Virus record (IMG/VR): IMGVR_UViG_3300045988_141072
Coordinates: 91,532-155,531 of that record
Source: a virus
Direction: 5' to 3' (one strand)
DNA length: 64,000 nucleotides
Part shown: piece by piece, positions 18,744-27,647 of the stretch
Position numbering within the stretch: the stretch's first letter is position 1
Layout: each line of letters begins with the position of its first letter
Translations under genes and position numbers: made by a program
Notes under the pieces: generated by a model
What the model saw: the letters and a program-made list of their open reading frames with translations, nothing else
The model's database searches: none
What the model was told of the DNA's origin: nothing

Positions 18744-20233
18744 CACACCACTAAAGTGACGTGCTTCCAATTCTTTAGAAATCGGATTACTTATCTACTA
18801 TACAGTTCTTAACTCAGATATTATGCAGCTATACCACATAAATCCGCATTAAGTCTAATTAACGTAGACAAAGTGCGTGTTGCTCCCGTACCATAATCAG
18901 AATCTTTTGTCTGACTAGGCAACCTTCTCATCACTGAGTCGGATTTTAAAAGTTCTCTTATAAAATATCTTGCTCCAATATTATAAGTTGCGTTTAAATC
19001 ACAATGGTATTGTTTACCATTTTGAAAAGTACAGATAGAGTAGTTATACTTTTCTTTACCATTTTGAATATAAGTTCCTCTTTCTACTCTGCCAGAACCA
19101 TCAAATGCTAATCTACTTGTGTTCCAAGCACAAATCCTACTAATTCTTATTCCTAAAATGTGAGCATGATGTTCCACGATTCTTTGAATTTCTTTCTTAC
19201 GCCACAAAGCAAGTTTTTGTTTACCTTTTCCAGATTTCTTACCTTGTGTATCTAAGAACTCAAATACAATAACATCCGCATTGTATAGAACTGCAAAGTC
19301 TATAATTCCTTTTGCCGCCTTACGACTAATATCTGTGTTTAAGTCATTTACGTGTTTCCAAAGAGTAGGACATTTTCTTGTACCATTTTGTTGTGCTTTC
19401 TTAACTCTGTTTAATGCTTTGTATAAATGGTCTTTTTCTGTTGCAAGATTGATAAATTTTCTTCCAACGACAGTTCCATCACTCTGCATTATTGAACAGG
19501 TTGCATTATTATTTAATCCTAAATCAACTGCACAAATAATCTGATCTTGAATATCTACTTTTTGAAATTTCGCATCGTCTGAAAATGGAAATACAAGATA
19601 CCAACATTTTCCTTGTTTCTTTAACGTTGGAACATATTCTTTTTTCAATTTACAATGTTTCTGAATGTATTTCACATCCTGATTTTTTAATTCCACATTC
19701 AACCAAACCCAATCATTCTTGTGAAAGATTTTGATTTGAGCATGAGTTTCATCAGTACGAATATACATATTATCTTTATATAATACTGGCATAACACTTC
19801 TGTCCAATTGTAAGATTGGTTTTTTACCTGTTGGGTTTTCTTTCCAATTCTGAAAATTAGAATAATAAGAAGAATAACATCCTGTAGCTATATTAATAGC
19901 GGAGCGCCTTAGATAAGATGGCATCTTATAAAACATTGCATTGAAATCGTATTTTGGATTCGGATTCGGATTCTTTTTAGTAGATAGAGATAATCTCTCA
20001 ATTTCTCTGCAACGCTCAAGATTCTTTATGTCTTTCAATATGACCCATTCTTTATCACAAATATTTATAAAGAAGGATACTGCTTCACGATATATCTTTA
20101 CTGTATCATTAAATATCTTGTTGTAATTTTTGATTTTTACTTTATACGATGAATATACTTTCATTGACAAATATCCTCCTCTCATTATATTATTCTCTAT
20201 TTCGCTCACTTACTCATGACTAAAGTCACGAGT
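18744..20233 (-). mobile_element. IS200/IS605-family TnpB-only element (hairpin to hairpin)
   Basis: tnpB-like ORF bracketed by related subterminal hairpins that share a TTTA loop: complement of 20212-20233 (ACTCGTGAC-TTTA-GTCATGAGT) and complement of 18744-18763 (CACGTCAC-TTTA-GTGGTGTG). No tnpA. Confidence 0.6.
18821..20164 (-). CDS. tnpB: TnpB-like RuvC nuclease (IS605 OrfB family)
   Basis: 447 aa from the ATG with GAGAGGAGG RBS. RuvC-like AVDLGLNN, VIVFEFLD and HCDLNATYNIGAR. N-terminal MKVYSSYKVKI is typical of OrfB. Confidence 0.7.
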   Translation of the reverse strand: MKVYSSYKVKIKNYNKIFNDTVKIYREAVSFFINICDKEWVILKDIKNLERCREIERLSLSTKKNPNPNPKYDFNAMFYKMPSYLRRSAINIATGCYSSYYSNFQNWKENPTGKKPILQLDRSVMPVLYKDNMYIRTDETHAQIKIFHKNDWVWLNVELKNQDVKYIQKHCKLKKEYVPTLKKQGKCWYLVFPFSDDAKFQKVDIQDQIICAVDLGLNNNATCSIMQSDGTVVGRKFINLATEKDHLYKALNRVKKAQQNGTRKCPTLWKHVNDLNTDISRKAAKGIIDFAVLYNADVIVFEFLDTQGKKSGKGKQKLALWRKKEIQRIVEHHAHILGIRISRICAWNTSRLAFDGSGRVERGTYIQNGKEKYNYSICTFQNGKQYHCDLNATYNIGARYFIRELLKSDSVMRRLPSQTKDSDYGTGATRTLSTLIRLNADLCGIAA

Positions 20234-20245
20234 GTGCGTTCACAG

Positions 20246-21478
20246 TTACATCAAATCAGCCAACTCACTGAGTTCTGATCTATAATTATTTTTTAACTTA
20301 ACGCAGCCAAAACTTTTGTGTCCTTTAAATACCTCGATTAAACGATTCATGCCAATGTTTTGAACATTAGTATCTTTCTGTTCAATTACGTCCCCTTCAT
20401 AAATCTGTTTACAACCAGACTTACAACGTTGAATAATTGTTTTGAGAGTATAAACATCTAAGTTCTGACTTTCTGTGGAGAGTAAAATACTGTTTTCTGG
20501 ACACTCCCAACCACGTATATTTGCAGTAGGAATAATTTCTAACATATCTCTATCTATCATATATTCAACTTGCTGAATATCTCCGAATTTAGATGAAAGT
20601 ATGTTGCCAATAGAAGCAGAGTAAATTAATTTTGTAATATGGTCGCCCTTTTCAAACCCAAGTGTTTTTGCACCCTTTAATGGTTCATAAGAATAAATTA
20701 CATAACATTTTTTATATCTGCCTTTTTCAATTTCCTGCATAATATAATTAAGTGGAAGAGTAGTTTTACCACTTCCTGCTTTGCCATATAACACAGTAAT
20801 ATCATTAGTGTTGATTGAATCCATAGCAAAAGCTTGGATATCGTCTAATGGTTTAAGTGTTCCAAACGAGTTTGATTTATAAGGTTTACACCTGATTGTT
20901 TGATAAGTTTCTCCATCCCATTTTAATTTATCAACAACGTTATTATTTAAATCTTTGAGAATGACATATTCGTTTGTTAATAAATTTAACGTGTTCTCGT
21001 TTAAGTTTTCATAAAAATGAGCCATTTTTTCTTCATTTAAAGTTACTTCACGATAACCTTTATAAATATCTGTATTATTCTCAGAAACACTTTTAACAGA
21101 TAGGTTAAATATCTTACTTGCAATCATTTTGCACGCAATGTCATTAGTTACAAAAATTATTTCATCGTTTGAATATAATTTTTCGGCAAAAGAACAACAT
21201 CCAACTATTTTTGTATCTGGTGTAATTTCCATATTATTAGCAAGTATGTGATTTTCAATAGTATTGTCATAAATAATTACATCATATTTATCCGTATTTT
21301 CGTCCAATAAATGTAAAACTTTTCTGGAATTATATTTAACTTCTTCGTCTTTTTTTGAAGATATTTTAATAGATTCTAGTTCTTCTAATGTTACAGAACT
21401 AATAATAAAATGATTTTCAAATGCATTATCTTTTAATTTTAAGATAGCATTTGTATCTAAGAAAAATTTCTTTCCGAT
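20246..21478 (-). CDS. phoH: PhoH-like ATPase with N-terminal PIN domain
   Basis: Walker A GKAGSGKTT. The in-frame region upstream of the track start encodes GKKFFLDTNAIL..EELESIK (PIN-like). There is no ATG/GTG/TTG there; ATC at 21478 lies 9 nt after AAGGAAAGGTGG. Confidence 0.65.
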   Translation of the reverse strand: MGKKFFLDTNAILKLKDNAFENHFIISSVTLEELESIKISSKKDEEVKYNSRKVLHLLDENTDKYDVIIYDNTIENHILANNMEITPDTKIVGCCSFAEKLYSNDEIIFVTNDIACKMIASKIFNLSVKSVSENNTDIYKGYREVTLNEEKMAHFYENLNENTLNLLTNEYVILKDLNNNVVDKLKWDGETYQTIRCKPYKSNSFGTLKPLDDIQAFAMDSINTNDITVLYGKAGSGKTTLPLNYIMQEIEKGRYKKCYVIYSYEPLKGAKTLGFEKGDHITKLIYSASIGNILSSKFGDIQQVEYMIDRDMLEIIPTANIRGWECPENSILLSTESQNLDVYTLKTIIQRCKSGCKQIYEGDVIEQKDTNVQNIGMNRLIEVFKGHKSFGCVKLKNNYRSELSELADLM

Positions 21479-21510
21479 GGTTTTCGACCACCTTTCCTTA
21501 TATATTTCGT

Positions 21511-21690
21511 CTATCTGACGATTTTGTTTTTTCTGATTTTGTTTAAAGTTCTCAGGGCTCTTGGATTTTCTGTAAGATAATACTTTGGATGACGTGTTTT
21601 TGACTTATGAAGCATTTCGCTGTCACCAAATTTAAATCCCATAGAATTTAATTCTAAGGCTTCGTTTTTACTAATCTGAATTATGTTAAT
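21511..21690 (-). CDS. possible small basic protein (start uncertain)
   Basis: Frame open for 59 codons (..HKSKTRHPKYYLTENPRALRTLNKIRKNKIVR). Only ATT (21690) or an internal ATG (21642, no RBS) is available as a start. Overlaps the phoH-frame extension. Confidence 0.3.
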   Translation of the reverse strand: MNIIQISKNEALELNSMGFKFGDSEMLHKSKTRHPKYYLTENPRALRTLNKIRKNKIVR

Positions 21691-21733
21691 TCACATCCTT
21701 TATAATATATTTTCCACAAGTAGTGGAAGAGAA

Positions 21734-21805
21734 CTGGCATAGCAGGATTTGAACCTGCAACTTTCGCATTAACAATGTGCTGAACTACCATTGTTCTATA
21801 TGCCA
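21734..21805 (-). tRNA. tRNA-Asn-like (anticodon GTT), degenerate anticodon stem
   Basis: 72-nt cloverleaf. Acceptor TGGCATA/TATGCCA, D stem GAAC/GTTC, T arm GCAGG-TTCAAAT-CCTGC. The anticodon stem GCACA/TGCGA has only 3 Watson-Crick pairs. Confidence 0.45.
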
Positions 21806-22639
21806 AAAATGAAAAATCCCGTGTAAAACACGAGACTTTTATTTAATATGAGCTGAGATATTGACTCATTACACTAACGCCTACCATCGTTGGAAATGGT
21901 TTATCACACTGTCGATTAGACAGTAGTTAGCAACAACACCAATTTTGTGAAAATTGGCAAACTCTTACCACAAAGTATTATAGATTTTCTTTCTGCACAT
22001 TCTTCCTTGCGAGATTCATAGGTTGCAGCCTATTAGAGTTGCACGTACTTGTACTTTCTCATATAACACCTTGCGAGTGTTACATGTCACCATATTGCAG
22101 GTGAATAAGTTGTTTTTCTCTCTGTGGTCGTACACACTTTTGCTGTTTTGTAATTTTCTTTTAAATATTATTTACCCAAAATAATTTGATTTCTTTCAAA
22201 AGTATGTACTTATTATGGACGATGAGGTGTACATTTGACCATCCGTACCTTTTGAGTACAGCCCAATCATCACCATCCTGCTCGGATTGCGATCTCCTTA
22301 CTTTTTGATTCCATCCCTGTTTTTCAACTTAAGAGATATTACCAAAATCCTACTAGCAGTTACACTTGCGGCATTCCCACCAATAGTACACAAATCATAC
22401 CCACATTTCTGCGTTACTACAGTGCCTATTTCAAGACACCCACCAATCAACCATATTCGCCAACAGTTGTCCTTGAATAGAAGGTTGGGCGTAGATTTTA
22501 TGTGTTTTCCGTTAAACTGTATTTCTACAGTCGCAGCTTTGTAATACGACAAAACCACTTTATACATGTCGCCATGCTTATTTTGAGATTTAACATCTCC
22601 TGATCCGAAACCAACCAGTCCTACAAAAGTAGGAGAGTT

Positions 22640-22713
22640 GCTGAAGCACAGGAGTCGAACCTGCTATTACATGGTTATGAGCCATGTGTGATAATCCGTT
22701 TCACTCGCCAGCA
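22640..22713 (-). tRNA. tRNA-Met-like element (anticodon CAT) with non-canonical acceptor helix
   Basis: Good D arm GTGA/TCAC, anticodon arm CATGG-CTCATAA-CCATG and T arm GCAGG-TTCGACT-CCTGT. The 7-bp acceptor does not form in register; only an offset TTGCTGG/TCAGCAA helix pairs. Confidence 0.35.
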
Positions 22714-22722
22714 ATAATATTT

Positions 22723-22950
22723 AGAGAATAGTCGGCAACCATACTACCAGAACAGTAGTACAGTCACCAACAAGAAAAGAGTACACAATATGAATAATTG
22801 CGTGAATTAATGTCACTTAAAACAAAGTATGTAATTAATACCCTATAGGCAAAGTTTTATCTATAAATTTTAGTCTGTAATGCTACTTGAAAAGTAGCAA
22901 AACAGACATACAAAGATTGTCGGTTTGTTTCTTCCAAGACAATCGTTTTT
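22723..22950 (+). ncRNA. candidate plus-strand small RNA, opposite in orientation to the surrounding minus-strand genes
   Basis: AGAGAATAG promoter-associated motif at 22723. Compound hairpin 22873-22907 (GTCTGT..GCTACTT/AAGTAGC..ACAGAC). Terminator GATTGTC/GACAATC plus GTTTTT at 22915-22950. No ORF with RBS. Confidence 0.3.
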
Positions 22951-23072
22951 GTATTTGAAATTGTATATATGTTACTATATACCATTCAAAGAAAAACGAA
23001 TTTTTTGTAAAAAATGCACAAAAAAGCCTTGTTTTTAAGGGGAAAATGGAGTTTTCTATTTATCGACAAAAA

Positions 23073-23834
23073 TCAATTTCTCGTCTTATTTTTATATTTT
23101 CTATCAGATTCTAATTGTTTTTCTTCCGCACATTTTTTACAATACATTTTTTTATTTCCTGTATCTTTTATCTTTTTTCCACAGCATTTGCATTGCTTAT
23201 AACCCTTTTTAAAATTACCTATATATTGATTTCCAATATTTTCAAATTTAATGATTTTATAAGCGATGTCATCATTAGTGTCGCTTAAATCAACTCTTAT
23301 ATTAAGATTATTTACCTTTTTACCAAAATGAATATACCCATTGCTATATAATTCATATAGTAATTTATTCTTTTTCTCAGATGAGAGAGTAACGTTAGCA
23401 AGTTTAAATACTTCAGAAAGACCTTTTAAGTCTTTTTTATTTATCCAGCCTTCACAATTCATATATCTTGCTATAGCAAATAATGTAAACATAAATTTCT
23501 TTTGGCGATCATTTGGAAGAGATTCCACGACTTTTAATTCTTTTTCATAGATAGGAACGTATTCAAGTTCCCTAAAGAGATTCTTTGATTCTGATTCATA
23601 TAGCTCAGTGCATGATTTTTTGATTTTATTGGCATATCTATATTCTTGATAACCTTCAATATTAAATTCAAGCATCTTTTGCTTGACTATATCAATTAGC
23701 GCGTTTGGATTTTTCCCTCTGTCAAAATAATATTTGGTAATCAGTGTTATTAGATATCCATTCGAGATATTGTCTGGTTTGTTGCCAGACGCTAATACCT
23801 CTCTAATATATTTTTTTTCATTCAGTATATACAA
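23073..23834 (-). CDS. hypothetical protein with C-terminal zinc ribbon
   Basis: 253 aa, TTG start with GGAGG RBS. C-terminal CKCCGKK..CKKCAEE. Confidence 0.5.
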   Translation of the reverse strand: MYILNEKKYIREVLASGNKPDNISNGYLITLITKYYFDRGKNPNALIDIVKQKMLEFNIEGYQEYRYANKIKKSCTELYESESKNLFRELEYVPIYEKELKVVESLPNDRQKKFMFTLFAIARYMNCEGWINKKDLKGLSEVFKLANVTLSSEKKNKLLYELYSNGYIHFGKKVNNLNIRVDLSDTNDDIAYKIIKFENIGNQYIGNFKKGYKQCKCCGKKIKDTGNKKMYCKKCAEEKQLESDRKYKNKTRN

Positions 23835-26334
23835 AATTTTCCTCCATTTCTTCTAAACGTTTAATAATTAGTTCTCCTATGCAGTCCCAACAAAACTGCC
23901 GATTACCCCTATATCCATAAGTAATATCAAGAATAATGTTCATACGCTCATCATCGTTTGGACAAATTATTTTTGCCTTTTCTTTGATAAAATTACACAA
24001 ATATTTCCGATTTTCGTTTGCAGTCATCTTATCATTCAAATGCTGTTTCTTTTTGTAAGATGCAACACATTCACAATAATATTGTTCGAGTTCTCGAAGT
24101 GCTTGTCTATGTTCTTCAGTGCAACGTCTTTTTACCTTTAACACGTTATAGTCAAAAGAAGAGTCTTTATGTAATTGAGACTTGTAACCATCTAATTGAC
24201 TTTCAACATATTTACAAATTTGATTCATAGAACAGTTCCCTGTACCAACTGGCATTTTTCTCTCGTACCAGAAAAGAAAATCTTTTTGATCTTCTGTAAG
24301 ATGGTCATTATTATACAAATCTTTAATAGAGCATTTATAGATAGCATAACACTTGGCATTACTCTCTTTGATATATTGCTTATATTGTCTTTTAGTCTCA
24401 TCGTAAACATAAATCATAAAATATGGTTTTCTGTATGCACAAAGGGACTGCAAATATTTATTCTCTCCGCAAGCACCTAAATTATACCAACTGCTTTCCA
24501 TAGGCTTTGCAATGATTCCCTTGATTTTATCCAATTCATTCTGTTGATAGAGCTGACCACATTCAATTCTGTATTCCAATTCTTTATATTCAGGCGAATT
24601 TTTCTTGAAATGAGATTGAACTTCCATCATAGATGTGACATAGTTTGTAATTGTTCCAACTTGATTTCCCATACCTGCTTTATTTGTCTTTTTAACAGCA
24701 GCTTCGGTAACAACAATTTTTTCTGCATTTCTTTGAACACATTCAATAGCGGGTAAATATCTATACCTTCTTTTCATAATTGGATTATTAGTAGAAAAAT
24801 TCAGATCCGAGTCCCAATCTTCCCCATTCTCAGCCATACAGAACGAATCCCAACCATTTATAATCATTATAGTGTTCATGTATTGATACCAATATTGGCA
24901 TTCTTCTGAGTTATTAACACTACACATGCGAATATTATTGTGACTTGTCATTGGACTTCTAAAAAGAACAATTTCTTCCTCATTTTTATCAATCCAGAAT
25001 TTAGAATAACACTCATTTGCTTTTAATAAACCAGTAACTTTCAATCCACAAATAGATTGCATAAGAGCAAATGGATCACCACTTGCGATCTGATAATTAC
25101 CGTTTACAAATAATTTGCCGATTTTTGCATCATTCATTTTCTTTTTGATGTATCTATGTACTGAATCTATTACATATGGATCTCCTAACATATATTCACT
25201 TGTATATAAAGCATGTTGCCATGAATTTACATCTGTGTTTTCATTGATTCCAAGAAACTTAATAGTAGAAGAGTAGTCACCACACATCGCATCTTTTAGA
25301 TATTTGATCGTTGGCGCACACAACTCCTCAATATCTTCATCTGTAAATTCATACGACTGAAGATACTGGTAATTCAATTCTCTCTGTTCCTCAAGAACAT
25401 GTGGTGAAATTTTTGTTACGGAAAATCCGTATCCACATTCCTTATATGCATTCACATATTGCTCAATGTTATCATACGCCCCCCATAATTTGAGAGAAGA
25501 TTCTGTAATAATCATCTCACATTGACGAATATCTTGAATATTACCCCAAATATCTTCAATCATATAATTTCCATTATTATATTTTTCAATAAATTCATAA
25601 ATAGGAAACGGATAGAGCATTCCTTTGAGCCATGCATTTCTTAAACATACACCACCGGGAATATAATCAAGACCTAACGATTCAGTTACCCGCTGCATAT
25701 ATTGAATAGTACAAAGATTAAAACCGTCTGATACATTATTTTCAAGAGGTTTATTTTTAATAAATTCTCTTGTTGGTTCTTTTGAACCATCGCTATCGTC
25801 AAGTGATATAACATCTGCAAAATATTGTGTAATACAATCTTTTACAACTAAAATCCCATGCGGATCACAAATTGGTTGTGAAGCTGAACATGTTAATGCT
25901 TTGTATGCTTCATATTTTGCTGGCACTAATTTTACTTTTGGGTTTCTTTTACATTCACATAGTTCATTTAACTTGTCTATATATTGTGAATTACAAAAGA
26001 GAAGAGTATTATTTTTCAATCCTCCTGTTGTTCCAACAAAACGTCTATAGTTTATTCCATTAACAGTTATACCTTTTTTACCAGTTGCTCTTGCAAAATC
26101 TGTTTTTCTATCTATTACGATTTGAATAAAAATTTTTGAAAAATCTATTTCATTTATATTCTTATGTAATATTTTATTTGCCATAATCAAGAAATGTCTT
26201 CCTTGAAACAATGAAATTAATTCTTGATATTTAAAGGCTTCCTTTTCTGTAATCTGTAAATCCCAATTAGAATATTTTAATTTATTTGTTCCAATTTTAA
26301 AAATTTCGTATTGAGGTACGCTAATACCAGCCAT
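23818..26334 (-). CDS. large protein resembling YonO-type (RdRP-homologous, two-barrel) single-subunit RNA polymerase
   Basis: 838 aa with AAGGAGG RBS. LFRSPMTSHNNI resembles the RNPxxHPGD barrel motif. ENGEDWDSD fits the DxDxD metal-binding loop. Assigned from memory of family motifs only. Confidence 0.45.
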   Translation of the reverse strand: MAGISVPQYEIFKIGTNKLKYSNWDLQITEKEAFKYQELISLFQGRHFLIMANKILHKNINEIDFSKIFIQIVIDRKTDFARATGKKGITVNGINYRRFVGTTGGLKNNTLLFCNSQYIDKLNELCECKRNPKVKLVPAKYEAYKALTCSASQPICDPHGILVVKDCITQYFADVISLDDSDGSKEPTREFIKNKPLENNVSDGFNLCTIQYMQRVTESLGLDYIPGGVCLRNAWLKGMLYPFPIYEFIEKYNNGNYMIEDIWGNIQDIRQCEMIITESSLKLWGAYDNIEQYVNAYKECGYGFSVTKISPHVLEEQRELNYQYLQSYEFTDEDIEELCAPTIKYLKDAMCGDYSSTIKFLGINENTDVNSWQHALYTSEYMLGDPYVIDSVHRYIKKKMNDAKIGKLFVNGNYQIASGDPFALMQSICGLKVTGLLKANECYSKFWIDKNEEEIVLFRSPMTSHNNIRMCSVNNSEECQYWYQYMNTIMIINGWDSFCMAENGEDWDSDLNFSTNNPIMKRRYRYLPAIECVQRNAEKIVVTEAAVKKTNKAGMGNQVGTITNYVTSMMEVQSHFKKNSPEYKELEYRIECGQLYQQNELDKIKGIIAKPMESSWYNLGACGENKYLQSLCAYRKPYFMIYVYDETKRQYKQYIKESNAKCYAIYKCSIKDLYNNDHLTEDQKDFLFWYERKMPVGTGNCSMNQICKYVESQLDGYKSQLHKDSSFDYNVLKVKRRCTEEHRQALRELEQYYCECVASYKKKQHLNDKMTANENRKYLCNFIKEKAKIICPNDDERMNIILDITYGYRGNRQFCWDCIGELIIKRLEEMEENFVYTE

Positions 26335-26358
26335 ATATCCTCCTTTTATGTTATGCTT

Positions 26359-26679
26359 TTATAAGTATTTTTTTATTTTATTTAACATGAATTCAACATT
26401 ATCACCGTTAAATTCAATTTGAATATCATCGTGACTGTACCAAATTTTATATTGACAACTAAATTCCATACAAATTTCATTGATCTTTTTAATAACAGAT
26501 GTTTTACTGGATTCTGTAAATTTCTTTGGAATAGTGGCATAACAATCATATTCATCGACAACTTCTTCAGTATTTCCACAAGTAATCTTACTATGTCTAA
26601 TTCTTGAAGTAGTGATATATTTTAAAGTTTCTTTATAACGTTTCTTAATAGTTCCATCTTTCTTTTGAAAACAATACAT
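26359..26679 (-). CDS. hypothetical protein
   Basis: 106 aa with GAAAGGAA RBS. Confidence 0.5.
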   Translation of the reverse strand: MYCFQKKDGTIKKRYKETLKYITTSRIRHSKITCGNTEEVVDEYDCYATIPKKFTESSKTSVIKKINEICMEFSCQYKIWYSHDDIQIEFNGDNVEFMLNKIKKYL

Positions 26680-26715
26680 GATTAATTCCTTTCTACATTT
26701 TTCAAAAACGACACA

Positions 26716-26937
26716 TTATTCATCCATAGTTTTAACTTCATAACCCAACCATTCAAGTTCATCTTTGGTGGTAGACATACATTGATAATGGGCTGTCATT
26801 CCAAGCCAATTAACAACATAATCATCGCCAACGCAGATATAATCATTACAAAAATGGCAGCGGTTACTAGTTTTATGTGGTCGTTCATAGTTGGGACAAC
26901 CCGGTACGCACGGTATTTGATGACATATTTCACACAT
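26716..26937 (-). CDS. small Cys-rich (zinc-binding) protein
   Basis: 73 aa. CEICHQIPCVPGC and CHFCNDYIC. Start coupled to the upstream stop. Confidence 0.5.
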   Translation of the reverse strand: MCEICHQIPCVPGCPNYERPHKTSNRCHFCNDYICVGDDYVVNWLGMTAHYQCMSTTKDELEWLGYEVKTMDE

Positions 26938-26938
26938 A

Positions 26939-27502
26939 TTACTTTTCTAACCACACTTTCCAATAACCGTCACAATATTTTGTCTTTAAATTGTTATAAT
27001 GAAATTTAAGAAGTTCTTCGATTTGATATATGTAATAACAATAGTCAACTTGTCCACTTCGAATATTTGATAATATATCATTAATAAATGAACAATAAGA
27101 TTGCCAATTAGTACAACCATAATATGCACCTTGCGTTTCTTCATTCCATATTCCAGATTCCTTAGAATATTTCCCTGTTAATTTTTTAATATTGGTAGGA
27201 TGAGGCTTAATAAATAATTTCCTTACATTAAATTCTTTTTGCCATTTGTCATCAGTAAGATTGGAAGAGGGTCTTCCGTTAGTATTTGAAATAATTCTCA
27301 TTTCTTTTAATTCTTCAAGTGTCATTTGTTTATATTTTTCCTCCATTTCTTTTTCTTTTTTCTTTTTCAATAAAACATTCTGAAGTAATTCAGCTTCTAT
27401 CTGATTATTTATTCTCTTTTTGTTTGGTGTATTTGTTGAGAAATCGTTTATATCAATAATTCCTCCAAAATTGTTATGTCTATTATTTTCAAGTCTTTTC
27501 AA
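26939..27502 (-). CDS. hypothetical protein
   Basis: 187 aa, TTG start with GAAAGGAAA RBS. Confidence 0.5.
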   Translation of the reverse strand: MKRLENNRHNNFGGIIDINDFSTNTPNKKRINNQIEAELLQNVLLKKKKEKEMEEKYKQMTLEELKEMRIISNTNGRPSSNLTDDKWQKEFNVRKLFIKPHPTNIKKLTGKYSKESGIWNEETQGAYYGCTNWQSYCSFINDILSNIRSGQVDYCYYIYQIEELLKFHYNNLKTKYCDGYWKVWLEK

Positions 27503-27647
27503 GTTTTTTAATTTCCTTTCTATATTTAATTTTTATTTTTTGTAAATTTTTTTCGAAGTGAAGATGATGAGATTGTAGAAGTAGTAGATGATTACATATT
27601 ATTATTCTCTGCTTGGTTGAGAATTTTGTTTAATCCATTGAATCGGA

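Noticed and set aside
22287-22567. Mutually antisense ORF pair 22287-22544 (+) and 22298-22567 (-)
   Set aside because: Neither has an RBS, and they occupy the same GC-rich stretch next to tRNA-like genes. I left them uncalled as CDS. The 89-aa minus ORF remains a weak possibility and is noted in the findings.
23014-26607. Short ORFs within the leftward 23073-23834, YonO-like and 26359-26679 genes (plus-strand 23014-23202, 23341-23550, 24018-24230, 24196-24480, 24544-24756, 25872-26063, 26419-26607; minus-strand 24225-24410, 26382-26579)
   Set aside because: They are shadow or out-of-frame ORFs inside longer RBS-supported genes, with AT-rich low-complexity translations.
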